Below are positions 49,994 through 62,983 of a stretch of 64,000 bases of DNA, one piece after another (within the stretch, counting starts at the first letter, position 1; every line of letters starts with the position of its first letter). The notes under the pieces were generated by a model that saw nothing but the letters and a program-made list of their open reading frames with translations, did no database searches and had not been told where the DNA came from. The translations under genes were made by a program, and so were the position numbers. Source of the DNA: Tubulanus polymorphus (Eukaryota; Animalia; Nemertea); NCBI RefSeq assembly GCF_964204645.1, contig NC_134031.1, positions 17,099,807-17,163,806 of the forward strand, in the 5' to 3' direction.

Positions 49994-51903
49994 GGCATCA
50001 GACCACAATTAGGTTAGTAGCTCGAAGATGCGTAGGGCCGGACCCCAAAAATAGTACCTAGAGTGAAGAAGAGGTCCCCCATAAATGTTGCCATAATTTC
50101 TGCAAATGGGATAGGTAACGAATTTCGGTTATATGTATGAAATCCATTGATCCTGAGAGACAGATCGATGATGAAATAAGGGATTCCCTGGACTTTTTTT
50201 GCTTGGAGTAAGGGTACCAAACACGGTGGGGGATTCCCTTAGATATTTGGCTCGGATGTACTGGCATACCTGTACTGGGATACCCCTCCTTTCTAAAGGT
50301 TTGATTATTTCAAAAGTTAGGTTGGGTACGTGGGGCGAAAACCACTTCAATGCGTAGCTAAGATGCTGGCCTATGAGCCATAAGCAGGATTTCCCCTGAA
50401 TTTACGCGCTTATATATGAACTAAACTCTCGAATTTCTTGTTTTTACTATAGGATATAGAAGATTTTGGAATAGTGGTCTGAGCTCTGACAGCCAATACA
50501 GCCAAAATAACAAATTTTGAAGTTTTGATGAAATTTCACAAATAATTTTTATCTTATACATCTTTTGCACATATAAGTCGTCTTGAGGCATTCATTGAGA
50601 CCTAATTCGCTGATTTTAATCAGTTTCATGGTAGGATTTGGTAATATTTTTGCTTGTAGAAGGCTAGAATCGCAGATTTCGGTCAATTTTTAGGCATGAA
50701 CCGTAAGATATTTTCTCGTAGGAGGCTCGGTCTAGGCTCATAAATTTATTTCATAAAGGCCATCCTTGCCTATGCAGAATAATCACATTAATTCAGCTTT
50801 CTTTGATTAAGTTATCTAGTTTGGCTGACTTTTTGGTGCCAGATACTGTCAGGAATTTAAGGGGTAGGGGAAATGCATATTTTCGTTGAAACCATGGCAA
50901 CCGAAAGGACATTGTCAGAGGCCAGTTGTGATATTTTTCCTAACTAGTACTGGTGACAACTACGCTTGGTATATGAAATTCGTCCCGGCCGAAGGCCTGT
51001 GGACGCAGTAGGGTGCATTCGAATTAGGCCTTCAGCGCAAGAAAACGCCAAATCTAAAGGTTTCAGCCCATTCGATGATGAAAATGGCATTTTTTTCAAA
51101 AAATGCTTAAAGATTGTGTTTCTGATTTTTATCCATAGCCATATATTTATATCCATCAGTGAAAAAAATCGATCAAGTATTCAGAAAATGTTGTATAATT
51201 GTTTTATTCATATTTTGAAATGAATGTTTGACTTAGATGATATTGATAGAAAACTTGGATTTTGTCGCATACGCGCGATTTGTGCATTAGCATGTATTTC
51301 CATGTGTAATTGGCCGAGAGCTATCGTATTGCGTTGTATAACTAGGGTGTCTCCACTCTTTCTAAAACTGTACAAAAACTAATGCTATTCTTAAGTTTGG
51401 GTACTAGTCAGGCATCAGACCACAATTAGGTTAGTAGCTCGAAGATGCGTAGGGCCGGACCCCAAAAATAGTACCTAGAGTGAAGAAGAGGTCCCCCATA
51501 AATGTTGCCATAATTTCTGCAAATGGGATAGGTAACGAATTTCGGTTATATGTATGAAATCCATTGATCCTGAGAGACAGATCGATGATGAAATAAGGGA
51601 TTCCCTGGACTTTTTTTGCTTGGAGTAAGGGTACCAAACACGGTGGGGGATTCCCTTAGATATTTGGCTCGGATGTACTGGCATACCTGTACTGGGATAC
51701 CCCTCCTTTCTAAAGGTTTGATTATTTCAAAAGTTAGGTTGGGTACGTGGGGCGAAAACCACTTCAATGCGTAGCTAAGATGCTGGCCTATGAGCCATAA
51801 GCAGGATTTCCCCTGAATTTACGCGCTTATATATGAACTAAACTCTCGAATTTCTTGTTTTTACTATAGGATATAGAAGATTTTGGAATAGTGGTCTGAG
51901 CTC
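49994..51903. mobile_element. 1910-bp non-autonomous element with two 493-bp terminal direct repeats, each bounded by short inverted repeats; 4-bp target duplication TGTA; present only in copy 2
   Basis: Repeats 49994-50486 and 51411-51903 appear identical. TGTA flanks both ends (49990-49993, 51904-51907). The empty site ...ATCTGAGTGTACGAAAG... is in copy 1 at ~23811-23827. Unit ends are GGCATCAGACCACAATT and AATAGTGGTCTGAGCTC. Confidence 0.92.
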
Positions 51904-52595
51904 TGTACGAAAGTGGATCCTTGAAATGTAACATGGAATATTTGATATTATTTAACGGTTTTTAGGAGTGTTATATCTCGTGCTGTTGATTTTACGGTGT
52001 TTTGTTAATAATTCACGACGATCTAATTTTTTTCGCTCTATCCAAATTTATACGTGAATGTTTATTCGTCATCTTTCATTTTCAAATATATAATCTTTTA
52101 AATGCGTTATCTAATGAATATTTTTGTTTGAGTTCGTGTGTTTTGAGAAAATTGTTTAAGTAAAATATACGAAAAACTTTTATGGCGAATGACTACAGCA
52201 AATGGGATTTACGTACAAACTATGTTTACTTGTTGGTAAACAGTATTACATTCGTTGTTTTACCCTATACCCATTATGTTTGTTTGTTTCTGTTGGAGAA
52301 CTCATCTGAATTCTTGCCTGTCTCTACCCTGCTGCGTTCCCCTCTCGACTCCATCGTTCTCTATTTACCCGGTTAAAAATGATTACTGCCGTTAATGGAG
52401 ATGGTGTCAAACATTACAAAAAATCTATTTGCCCTATTCCAAGCATAGGATATTCAAATAATGTAGTGTATCCCAAATATTGGTTTTGTGAGACGAATGA
52501 TTACTGTTTTTGTGTCCACCGTCCTTGGAAGATCCTGCAGGTCACTGTTTAGTTATCCTCAGCAGCGAACGCCAGATCAAAACGACACGATCATC

Positions 52596-54355
52596 ATGTC
52601 AAATCTCTCAGGAATATTTATGATTTCGTTGATAAGCCTCTTTCATCTTAAAGGTAAGTTTAAAGTTCTATTTCTAAACAAGCCAAATTATCATCCAGAA
52701 TCCAATCTATGAAAATCATTCACAATCAATGGTCATTAACGGTGGTTCAGTTAAGAAGGTTCAGACCACGACTTGTCTTAGAAAGTGTGTAATTATTTGT
52801 TTTATCTAAATTTCTTCATAAAGAAATCGCATCGTTAACCGACGAGGAACGTTGTACGGAAGATTTAACGTCGAGACCTAGGAATGTTTTGGCCAGGCCA
52901 GTTGTGAACCAAAGTGATACCGTTGAACTTAAAATGATGTTTGGTCTCGTTCAAATCATCGAAGTCGTAAGCTAAAAATCTACTTAGATATCCTAATTAA
53001 ATCGAACTATATTTTCTGTCAAATCCATTCGCTAATCAATCTTTTAGAACGAACGAAAGCAAGCTATTGCACTAGGATCCTACGTAGGAATGGTACGTTG
53101 AAAGTGCTTATTCGAACTTCTTTACAGAAAATGCAAAGGAGTCAGAATAATCTATCTGAGCATAGAAACCGAACTAACGCCGGACGTAAATAATTAAGAG
53201 TTCTTGATGATTTCAGAGTTGGACAGATAGAACGTTAACGTGGAATGCTTCCGACTATGGCGGTGTCAAAACTGTGCATATGTTCTTAAAGGATATTTGG
53301 TATCCGGATGTAGTTGTAAGACTCGGGTATGACACAGTGATATTGATGAGTGTCAACTAATGATGTTTTCTCGCCTTACAATTTGGACGATGATATAATT
53401 TCAGAATTCCAATGGCGATTAGTTTACGAGACAGCGATGAAAACACCAGAGTTGTCGCCCATTCTAATGGAACGGTATTTTGGTGTCCTGCATTCCGGCT
53501 CAGTATGAGTACATCCTTTGACATGACGTATTTTCCTTTCGATTCTCACAACGTCACTGTTGAGTTTGAAAGTTGGACTTATAGCGCAGAAGAACTGAAG
53601 ATGGTCGCCATGTACGATCAAGTGGAAACATCTTTGTTCGTCGCTAGTGAAGAATGGAAGCTTGTTAAGACGTACACATACGAAACCGCATTAGCCATTT
53701 TTCCTTATCCCCGATGGGGTAGGTTTAGAGCGACATTTCTGATCAGCAGGAAGCCGGCTTATTATGTGATAAACATCGTCATACCGCTGATCGCATTTTC
53801 CTTGCTGACTCAGATGGTTTTCTTATTGCCACCGGAATCAGGAGAGAAAATATCGTTAAGCGTAACAGTTCTCGTCACGTGTTCCGTTTTTCACTTGCTT
53901 CTCGCCGATCTGATACCCAGAACATCGAACCAACCGATTATAGGTATTTTGTTAGCAATTCGTTCAAATGGATCTCTCATTTACCCGTTATCAAGCTCAT
54001 TAGGCACAGCACGGTTTCATGCATATAATCAGACAATTTGATTTTCTTCATTTCAGTTATCTATATTACATTCATGCTGATGATGCTGATTTTGTCGGTC
54101 ATTCTCTCCGTCTGCGTTATACGCATTTCCTTCCGGAACGACTATCCCATCCCTGATTGGTTGCGAAAGTTCGTTGACGTCATCAGTCGTAAAGCCGAAG
54201 ATTCCACTGCACCGATGACGATGACCCATTCACGAAACGACGACCGAGTCTGGATGCGTGTCGCAAAAACTTTGGACAGATTAATGTTTATCATTTATCT
54301 TGGCATCACTTGTTTAGTCACCATTTGCTGTTTCGGAGCATTGATGGTAAAATAG
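52596..54355 (+). CDS. nAChR-like Cys-less pentameric channel subunit, paralog A2
   Basis: Duplicate of A1 with about 10 amino-acid differences counted by eye. Frame appears intact. Confidence 0.92.
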
Positions 54356-55329
54356 ATATTGCGGGGAGTTAAACTGGTTCAATCGTAACTAATCAAAGAT
54401 TTCAGTTCAATGCTTTTTCGAGTAAAGATGATTCCCAGAATTTTCATGAAATTCCCATCTTCCATCGAGGTAAAGCTTCCGCGATCGGAGCGAATGGAAC
54501 ATTAAAAATTACGATACACCAGCGTTCTTAACTTGCACTGTTCGGCTATGTAAACAGTAATCAATTAAAAGCTTTATAGTAGGTCTACTTGTCACATCTC
54601 ACTAAAGCCATATCTACATAAACACTCTCGAAAGAGATGAACTCAGGTAAAATGTATTTCGATGAAAGGGTTGATAGTAAAATCTTATTCATACATTCTC
54701 GTATTTTCTGTTTGACCTAAATCGCCCGGTAATACGTTCTTTTCAGTCTGTTAAAATCTCTACCAAAAATCCTATGATGTGTTTATTTGTAATTATTTTT
54801 ACGAATAATGTTGTCTTTATCGATATCTATATTCGATCGTGCGTATTTTGAGAAAATTTGTCGATGGAAAATACATGAAAAAGCAAGGCACTAGAGCAAA
54901 TTGGATTCACGTACAATCTGTTGATTTGTTAGTTATTTATTAATGATCTGTATAACATTCGTTGTTTTAACCATATGAATTATGTTTGTACGAGTCTCAG
55001 AGGACTCGTTTGAATTCTTGCTTGTCTCTCTTAATTGTGTGCGTCTGTCGTTGTCTATAATCCACTCGGTCAGAACATGATTGCCGCGGATACTAGAGAT
55101 GGTTTTGAACGTTGCAAAGGAATCCATCGTCCATACTCTATTTAAATGAAAATATTGTGGTATCGCGTGTTTGTATCAAATATTGATTTAGTGTGATGAA
55201 ATGAGAGTGTAGCAGAAATATATTTTTTAATGTCCACCATCCTTGATCCGACGTCCCTGTAAGTCATAAGTGTAGTTGCCATTAGTCACCAGTAGCCTGC
55301 AGACGTTAAATCAGAATCATCCAATCACC

Positions 55330-57086
55330 ATGTCAAATCTCTCAGGAATATTTGTGATTTTATGGATTGGTCTCTTTCATAAAGGTACGTAAGTTTTAGA
55401 GTTATTTCTGAGCAGGCCGAGTTAATCATCCAGAATATTTCGTTATGGCGAAATCAACCAAAATCAATGATCATTAACGGGGGTACAACACGACTTGTCT
55501 TAAAAATGTCTGATTATATGTTTCACCTGATTTTTTTTATTATTAAGGAATTGCATCGTTAACCGACGAGGAACGTTGTACGGAAGATTTAATGTCGAGA
55601 CCTAGGAATGTTTTGGCCAGACCAGTTTTAAACCAAAGCGATACCTTTGAACTCAAAATGATGTTTGGTCTTGTTCAAATCATTGATGTAGTAAGCTAGA
55701 AATCTACTCGAATATGATACTTATCTACTTAAATTTCGCTATTTTCATTTCATCTGCTAATCAATCTTTCAGAACGAACGAATGCAAGCTATTACGCTGG
55801 GATCCTACGTAGGAATGGTACGTTGGAAATCCTTATTCGCGCCCTTTATTCCAAATGCGAAGGAAGCCAGAACAATCAGTACAAATCAAAAACCAAATGC
55901 TTTGTTGATAGTTAGGAGTTCTTGCTATTTTCAGAATTGGACAGATAGAACGTTAACGTGGAATGCTTCCGACTATGGCGGTGTCAATACGGTGCATATG
56001 TTTTTAAAGGATGTTTGGTATCCGGATGTAGTTGTAAGACTCGGGTATGACAGTGATATTGATGAATGTTTAACTGATGATGTATTTTCATCTAATCATA
56101 CATCGCATTTATGACGATAGTATATAATTTCAGAATTCCAATGGCGATTAGTTTACGAAACAGCGATGAAAGCGCAAGAGTTGTCGTTTATTCCAACGGT
56201 ACAGTATTTTGGTATCCTGGACTTCAGCTCAGTATCAGTACATCCTTTGACATGACGTATTTTCCTTTCGATTGTCACAACGTCACAGTTGAGTTTGAAA
56301 GTTGGACTTATTGCGCAGACGAACTTAAGATGGTCGCCATGTACGATCGAGTGGAAACATCTTTGTTCGTCGCCAGTCAAGAATGGAAACTTGTTAAGAC
56401 GTACACATACGGGACAGAATTAGACATACCCCCTTATGCCCGATGGAGTAGGTTTAGAGCGACATTTCTGATCAGCAGGAAGCCGGCTTATTACGTGATA
56501 AACATCGTCATACCGCTGATCGCATTTTCCTTGCTGACTCAGATGGTTTTCTTATTGCCACCGGAATCAGGAGAGAAAATATCGTTAAGCGTTACAGTTC
56601 TCGTCACGTGTTCCGTTTTTCACTTGATTCTCGCCGATCTGATACCCAGAACATCGAACCCGCCGATTTTAGGTATTTTGTTAGCAATCCGTTCAAATGG
56701 ATCTCTCATTTACCCGTTATCAAGCTCGTTATGTACAGCAAGGATTCGTGCATGTTACCTAACAATTTTATCGTTCTTTTTTTCCAGTTATCTATATTAC
56801 ATTTATGCTGATGATGCTGATTTTGTCGGTCATTCTCTCCGTCTGCGTTATACGCATTTCCTTCCGGAAAGACTACCCCGTCCCTGATTGGTTGCGAAAG
56901 TTCGTCGACGTCATCAGTCGTAAAGCCGAAGATTCCACTACACCGATGACGATGACCCATTCACGAAACGACGGCCGAGTCTGGATGCGTGTCGCGAAAA
57001 CTTTGGACAGATTAATGTTTATCATTTATCTTGGCGTCACTTGTTTAGTCACCATTTGCTGTTTCGGAGCATTGATGGTAAAATAG
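55330..57086 (+). CDS. nAChR-like Cys-less pentameric channel subunit, paralog B2
   Basis: Duplicate of B1. Changes include TFKW>TLTW, SMS>SIS and FDSH>FDCH. Confidence 0.92.
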
Positions 57087-57463
57087 ATATTGCGGGGAGT
57101 TAAACTGGTTCAATCGTAATGAAATCGTAGACAATGACAGTGACGAGAGACGAGTGTGTGTCTCATCCCCGTCGTTGTCTATAATGTACCCGCCCGGGTT
57201 AAACATCATTACTGCCGTTGATGGAGATAGTGTCGACCATTACAAATAAAACATATCATATCTACTCTATTCAAATGAACTGTTGATGGTATTGCGTGTT
57301 TGTATCAAATATTAGTTTAATGTGATGAAATGAGCGTACGTGGCAGAAATATAACTTTTAATGTCCACCGTCCTTGATCCGACGTTCATGCGGGTCATGG
57401 CTTATAGTTGCCATTAGTCACCAGTAACTACATCAGGCGTTAAATCAGAACCATCCAATCACC

Positions 57464-59293
57464 ATGTTAAATCTTTCGGGAATATTTGTGATTTCGTTGA
57501 TTGGTCTCTTTCATAAAGGTACTAAAGGTAAGTTTTAGATTTATTTCTAAACAGGCCAAGTTATATAATACAGAAAATCTTTTTATGGAAATCATCCACA
57601 ATCACTGGTCATTAAACGGGTGTTCAGATAAATGGTTTATCACGACTTGTCTTAGAAAGTGTGTAATTATTTGTTTTATCTGATTTTCGTGATCAAGGAA
57701 TTGCATCGTTAACCGACGAGGAACGTTGTACGGAAGATTTAACGTCGAGACCTAGGAATGTTTTGGCCAGACCAGTTTTAAACCAAAGCGATGCCGTTGA
57801 GCTCAATATGATTTTTGGTCTTGTTCAAATCATCGAAGTCGTAAGCTAGAAATCCACTAAAATATCCTATTTAAATCTGCTTACATTTTCTTTTGTCAAT
57901 TTCATTTTTCAATGTTTTAGAACGAACGAAAGCAAGCTATTACACTGGGATCCTACGTAGGACTGGTACGTTGAGAATCCTTATTTGAACTTCTTAATAC
58001 TGAAAGTGCAAAGGGGTCAGAATAATCTAAACATAGAAACCCAACTAACGCCAGACGTAAATAGTTAAGAATTATTGGTGATTTCAGAGTTGGACAGATA
58101 GAACGTTAACGTGGAATGCTTCCGACTATGGCGGTGTCAAAACTGTGCATATGTTCTTAAAGGATATTTGGTATCCGGATATTGTTGTTAAACTCGGGTA
58201 AGTCACAGTGATATTGACGAATGTTAAACCGATGATTTATTATCGTCCAAAAAATATCATCTTGTTTTTTGACGATGTTAAATTTCAGAATTCCAAAGAT
58301 GATCAGTTTACGAGACAACGATGAAAGCACAAAAGTTATCGTTTATTTCAATGGAACGTTATTTTGGTATCCTGCAGTTCGGCTCAGTATGAGTACACCC
58401 TTTGATATGACGTATTTTCCTTTCGATTCTCACAACGTCACAGTTGAGTTTGAAAGTTGGACTTATAGCGCAGAAGAACTTAAGATGGTCGCCATGTACG
58501 ATCGAGTGGAAACATCTTTGTTCGTTGCCAGTCAAGAATGGAATCTTGTTAAGACGTACGCATACGTGGCTGAATTTAACATACCCTCTTATCCTCGATT
58601 GGGTAGGTTTAGAGCGAAATTTCTGATCAGCAGGAAGCCGGCTTATTATGTGATAAACATCGTCATACCGCTGATCGCATTTTCCTTGCTGACGCAGATG
58701 GTTTTCTTATTGCCACCGGAATCCGGAGAGAAAATATCGTTAAGCGTAACAGTTCTCGTCACGTGTTCCGTTTTTCACTTGCTTCTCGCCGATCTGATAC
58801 CCAGAACATCGAAACCGCCGATTATAGGTATTTGATTAAGCAATTCGTTCGAATGGATCTCTCAATTACCCGTTATTCAGTATTCAGCTCTTTTGTTACA
58901 CACGGCAAAAATTCGAGCATATCATCACACAATTTTATCTTATTCTTTATTTCAGTTATCTATATTACATTTATGCTGATGATGCTGATTTTGTCGGTCA
59001 TTATCTCCGTCTGCGTTATACGCATTTCCTTCCGGAACGACTATCCCGTCCCTGATTGGTTGCGAAAGTTAGTTGACGTCATCGGTCGGAATTCCGCCGC
59101 TCGCGAGGCTCAAGGTGAAGTTCATGCAGCAGCCAAAGACTCTACTGCACCGATGACGATGACCCATGCACGAAACGACGGCCAAGCCTGGATGCGTGTC
59201 GCAAAAATGTTGGACAGATTGATGTTCATCATTTATCTTGGCGCAACTTGTTTAGTCACTGCTTGCTGTTTCATAGCATTGATGGTAAAATAG
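57464..59293 (+). CDS. nAChR-like Cys-less pentameric channel subunit, paralog C2
   Basis: Duplicate of C1. Changes seen are RATF>RAKF and ILS>IIS. Confidence 0.92.
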
Positions 59294-59942
59294 ATTATGG
59301 TTGAATGTTGGTTCAATCGTTGTAGGTCAATTATCTATTTGATTCATAATCAAAGATTTATGTTCAATCTTTTCAAAATTCGTAAAGTTAAAATTCATAA
59401 TTCAAATTTCCCATCAAAGTAACGCGACGATTAGTGCGAATGGAACATCGAAATCATGATACTTCAGCGCTTGTTTTGCTTGCAGTGATCGGTTTTGTAA
59501 ACAGTAACCATTTGTAAGCTACAAAGTTGGTCTATTCGTTGCATTTCACTAAAGCCATATTTACAGTAACTCTGCAGGAGTATTTACTTGATTTTTACAC
59601 AGATTCATACAATGCACGATTCGTATTCAGATCAGCTACCAATTAAGCGACGTATGGCGGTTTGCAATAGCGCAGATTACAATAACGGATGCTATATTTG
59701 CTATAAGGCATTATATACAATCACGGAATCGCGGAATTTATGGTAATCCAGCCCATCAACTGGTTTATGAATATAGACAAGTCTTGAGCGATCGACGTTC
59801 CTTCTATAACCGCTGTTCTTAGGCGACATTATTTGTGAATTCTATATTCAATAACTCATTGCAACTTTAGTATTAATAAAAACATCAGAAAACATTCTCG
59901 TGGCGGAAATTTATCAGCTAATATCCGTAGCCTAGCAACTTA

Positions 59943-60467
59943 TTAAGTGGCGGGTGTTGAGTAGCAGCATTTCGATCTGACAGTAGCCACGAATCCGGCA
60001 ACGATAGCTATGATGACACTACTTACGAGGTTCAAAATGTAAGCTGGACTATAATGTATACTAAAAGCAAATGACACTACAGACATTATCGAAGCCAATA
60101 CGAGCGAAAGTATTCCCATAACCGTTACTGCGATGAGCAGCCATTTCTTCGGATTCTTCGCCGCGTAGAAAGCTACGATTCCCGTTCCGATGAAAAGCGG
60201 TCCTCCCCAGAATCCGTAATGAAACGAAGTCCATTCGGACACGAAAAATCTGACGAACGCGCTCAGGAACAGAAGACAGCCGAACACGATGAGCGGGAAC
60301 GAACACGATTTAAGTCGCCCTAATCTCATTCCGGGAGGTGGGAACTGCTCCTCGACAGGTGGTACTACGATAGCTACGGTGTGGCCGGTCTTCCCGCGAG
60401 CTGGCGGCCCGTATTGCCCTCTGGGTTCAGGCGGCCGGCGCACTGGTCGATATTTTTTCTTAGGCAT
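59943..60467 (-). CDS. MS4A/CD20-like four-pass membrane protein, ~174 aa
   Basis: Pro-rich cytoplasmic N-terminus, four hydrophobic segments, GFWGGPLFIGTG matching the MS4A TM2 WGG..FI.(S/T)G motif, and a CC after TM4. A splice acceptor (TAG) lies just upstream of the ATG at 60467. Confidence 0.7.
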   Translation of the reverse strand: MPKKKYRPVRRPPEPRGQYGPPARGKTGHTVAIVVPPVEEQFPPPGMRLGRLKSCSFPLIVFGCLLFLSAFVRFFVSEWTSFHYGFWGGPLFIGTGIVAFYAAKNPKKWLLIAVTVMGILSLVLASIMSVVSFAFSIHYSPAYILNLVSSVIIAIVAGFVATVRSKCCYSTPAT

Positions 60468-62983
60468 CCTATACGATAGAATGGAAATAAGAATTTTCAA
60501 AGGAAATACGTCGATTATTCATTCATTTGTTCAATACATAATAAAAGAAATGTTTTTACCTTTCTTTGATTTTAGTCACAGAATTTAGTCGGTGTGAAAA
60601 TGACAGATTCCTGTATTGCAGACGCCTATGTATGAAATTCTAACCCTGGTAATATAGGTCTATGCATTAAATTCAAATGTACCAGATTGCAATGTGTTGC
60701 ATAAATTCGCACCAATTTTTAAACTTTATTTTGACATCACTATTCATGATATATATATATATATACAAGCTTTGAATTCATCAGTCAACAACGTTGCTGT
60801 ACCAGAAGGACGCTATTGATTCTGTCATTATATGGAGGATAAAAAAGTATATATATAAATATCGAAACTACAATGCTAGACTTAATGGATTGGCGTATAT
60901 CATACTTAAAATCAATTGAATTCAAAATCACAGCACATAGTGTTACGCCATTAATTGGGCCTGATAGCTGTAAAATACAGGTAATGCATAGTAGATGAAA
61001 AATATAGAGGAAACACAAGACAAGATTGTAGTTTCAAATCCCAAAATCCGGATCGAAGTATAAGAGATGAAAAGTATGGAGATTGAAGTTTCAAATACCA
61101 AAATCCGGAACGTAGTTAACGTCGTGATAAAACGCAACATATTGAAAATAATGTTTGTCCCAACGTTTCTAGTCTATGTGCATATCCCTGGTGACGGATA
61201 CTGGAAAAACGTTTCTTTCAAAATATTTGGTTTATCATTTACAAAGCAAGATCTTCCATCGCATCGCATACGAAAAAAAAACGATATTCCAATTCTGATT
61301 GCTTTTATCTGGATCACGGAGTTCTAGATTAGATTTCTATCCAAATTGAACAGCAGCAGAAAAAAGAATGGAAGAAGTACTGTATCTATGTATAACGTAC
61401 GGTATATATTTCAACAAATGAATATATATATTTTAAGTAGAACATTTATCCATAATTCATAGACGGTGTGTATTGCAAATATATAGGAGATGAGGATTGG
61501 ATTCAAATAAATCATATTTACAAAGAATATATTCGTATATACGACATGCTATTTACATAAATTAGGTTTTTTTTTCAAAAATGATTTGACATCATTGAGC
61601 TAAATGATTTGACATACAAACTTATACAATGATATTTCTGAATATTGTATAAGACCTTTGGTGTCAGTCATACTCGAAGCCATGAGTAAGACTGAGGTTC
61701 TTCTTTCCACCTTTTTGTGTAATGCAAAGAATTGCAACCTTTCCCTGATCACTATAAGTCATTCCGTGAGATTAAGCCGAATTCTATTCGTTATATTTTG
61801 ATTTATGGTGAATTTATGAATACAGAGCAAAGCCTGAAAAATTCTATACATATATTTCAAATGTTTTTTGTCAGAACACTCAATAGCTCCTTTTGAGTTT
61901 ACATAATGTTCAGAATTCATTCATTTTGTTTCATCCAACGAGTTCGGACTATTGTTTTGTGAACTTTGACGGGGAGGCATTTGAATGGAATTCATGTATT
62001 TTTCGTGTTGTTAATGTTCCTACAATAACACGAATTATCAAGGTTAAAAACTCAACGACGTAAAAAGCGACTATAAACCCAGCTGAGTTACCCCCTTTGA
62101 CCTATCTGAAGATAATGTAATGACGTTGTAAACATTGAGTAAAGGCACAGCGGGCAAGATACAAATCAAGATTCAGTGTAATTGTATCATTAAATGATTT
62201 GTATAAAACCATTAGTGAAAAATAGCTTTTTCAGTGGAGCGTTAAATAAGTAATTTGCTTTAGAAATATTCTCGAACATCGAAAAGAATATTTTGAAATG
62301 ACGATTTGCAAAAAAAAATCAATTGGTGCATCAAATAGTAGAATTGTCATTTTTGGTCATTTGATGAATTTGCGATTTCTCAGAATATGCAAAAAAGAAT
62401 ATATGTTTTGTAACAGAATGGTTGTTTTCATCGAAATTCCCCGGAATTACTGAAACGTTTCGAGTACGGTAGTTCACGGCAGGCGGCGGCGGGTGGCACG
62501 CGTTTCTGAAGCGTTAAAACGAGCATGATTCGATTCTATAAAACTATTAATCTTTGTCAAATATTCATTCGACGATAAACTAATAAACAATGTAATATAT
62601 TACATTAGAATATGGATGCCAATATGGCGGGTTCATAATTCACTACTACGTATATGTACATATAGACTCAACTGAGTTCATAAACCTGTTTGCAATTATA
62701 AGGGATTGGTTTTTAGTATAGTAGTTGGTATAAACAACACGATCGAAATTGTTTGAAAAAATTGGTAGAATATATTCATTCAATTGATATCGTAGTTTAA
62801 TTTATGTACAGGCTAGGTTGGTGTAAGGCTATGTACAGTTATCACAGATTTGCTAGTTTCTAATCCGGTTAAGTGACAATAAAAATAATAATGTAGTAGT
62901 CTATTTCTAATGCACAAACAAATACTTTTCAATCATTGAAATATGAAATTGATCCAGGAATGATTAAGACAAAATCAATTGTG

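Larger units (their letters stand above)
31577..59654 (+). repeat. Segmental tandem duplication, copy 2 (28,078 bp)
   Basis: The junction reads ...GCGACGTA|AATATTAATAG at 31576/31577. Copy 2 ends ...GCGACGTA|TGGCGG at 59654. Confidence 0.97.

Noticed and set aside
49994-51903. LTR retrotransposon or TRIM; also a Helitron head-to-tail junction at CTAG|TC (~51407)
   Set aside because: There are no TG...CA repeat ends, and no PBS or PPT was seen. For a Helitron, there is no GC-rich 3' hairpin, and a clean 4-bp target duplication is present.
60289-60588. 99-aa plus-strand ORF
   Set aside because: Antisense shadow of the MS4A-like coding exon.
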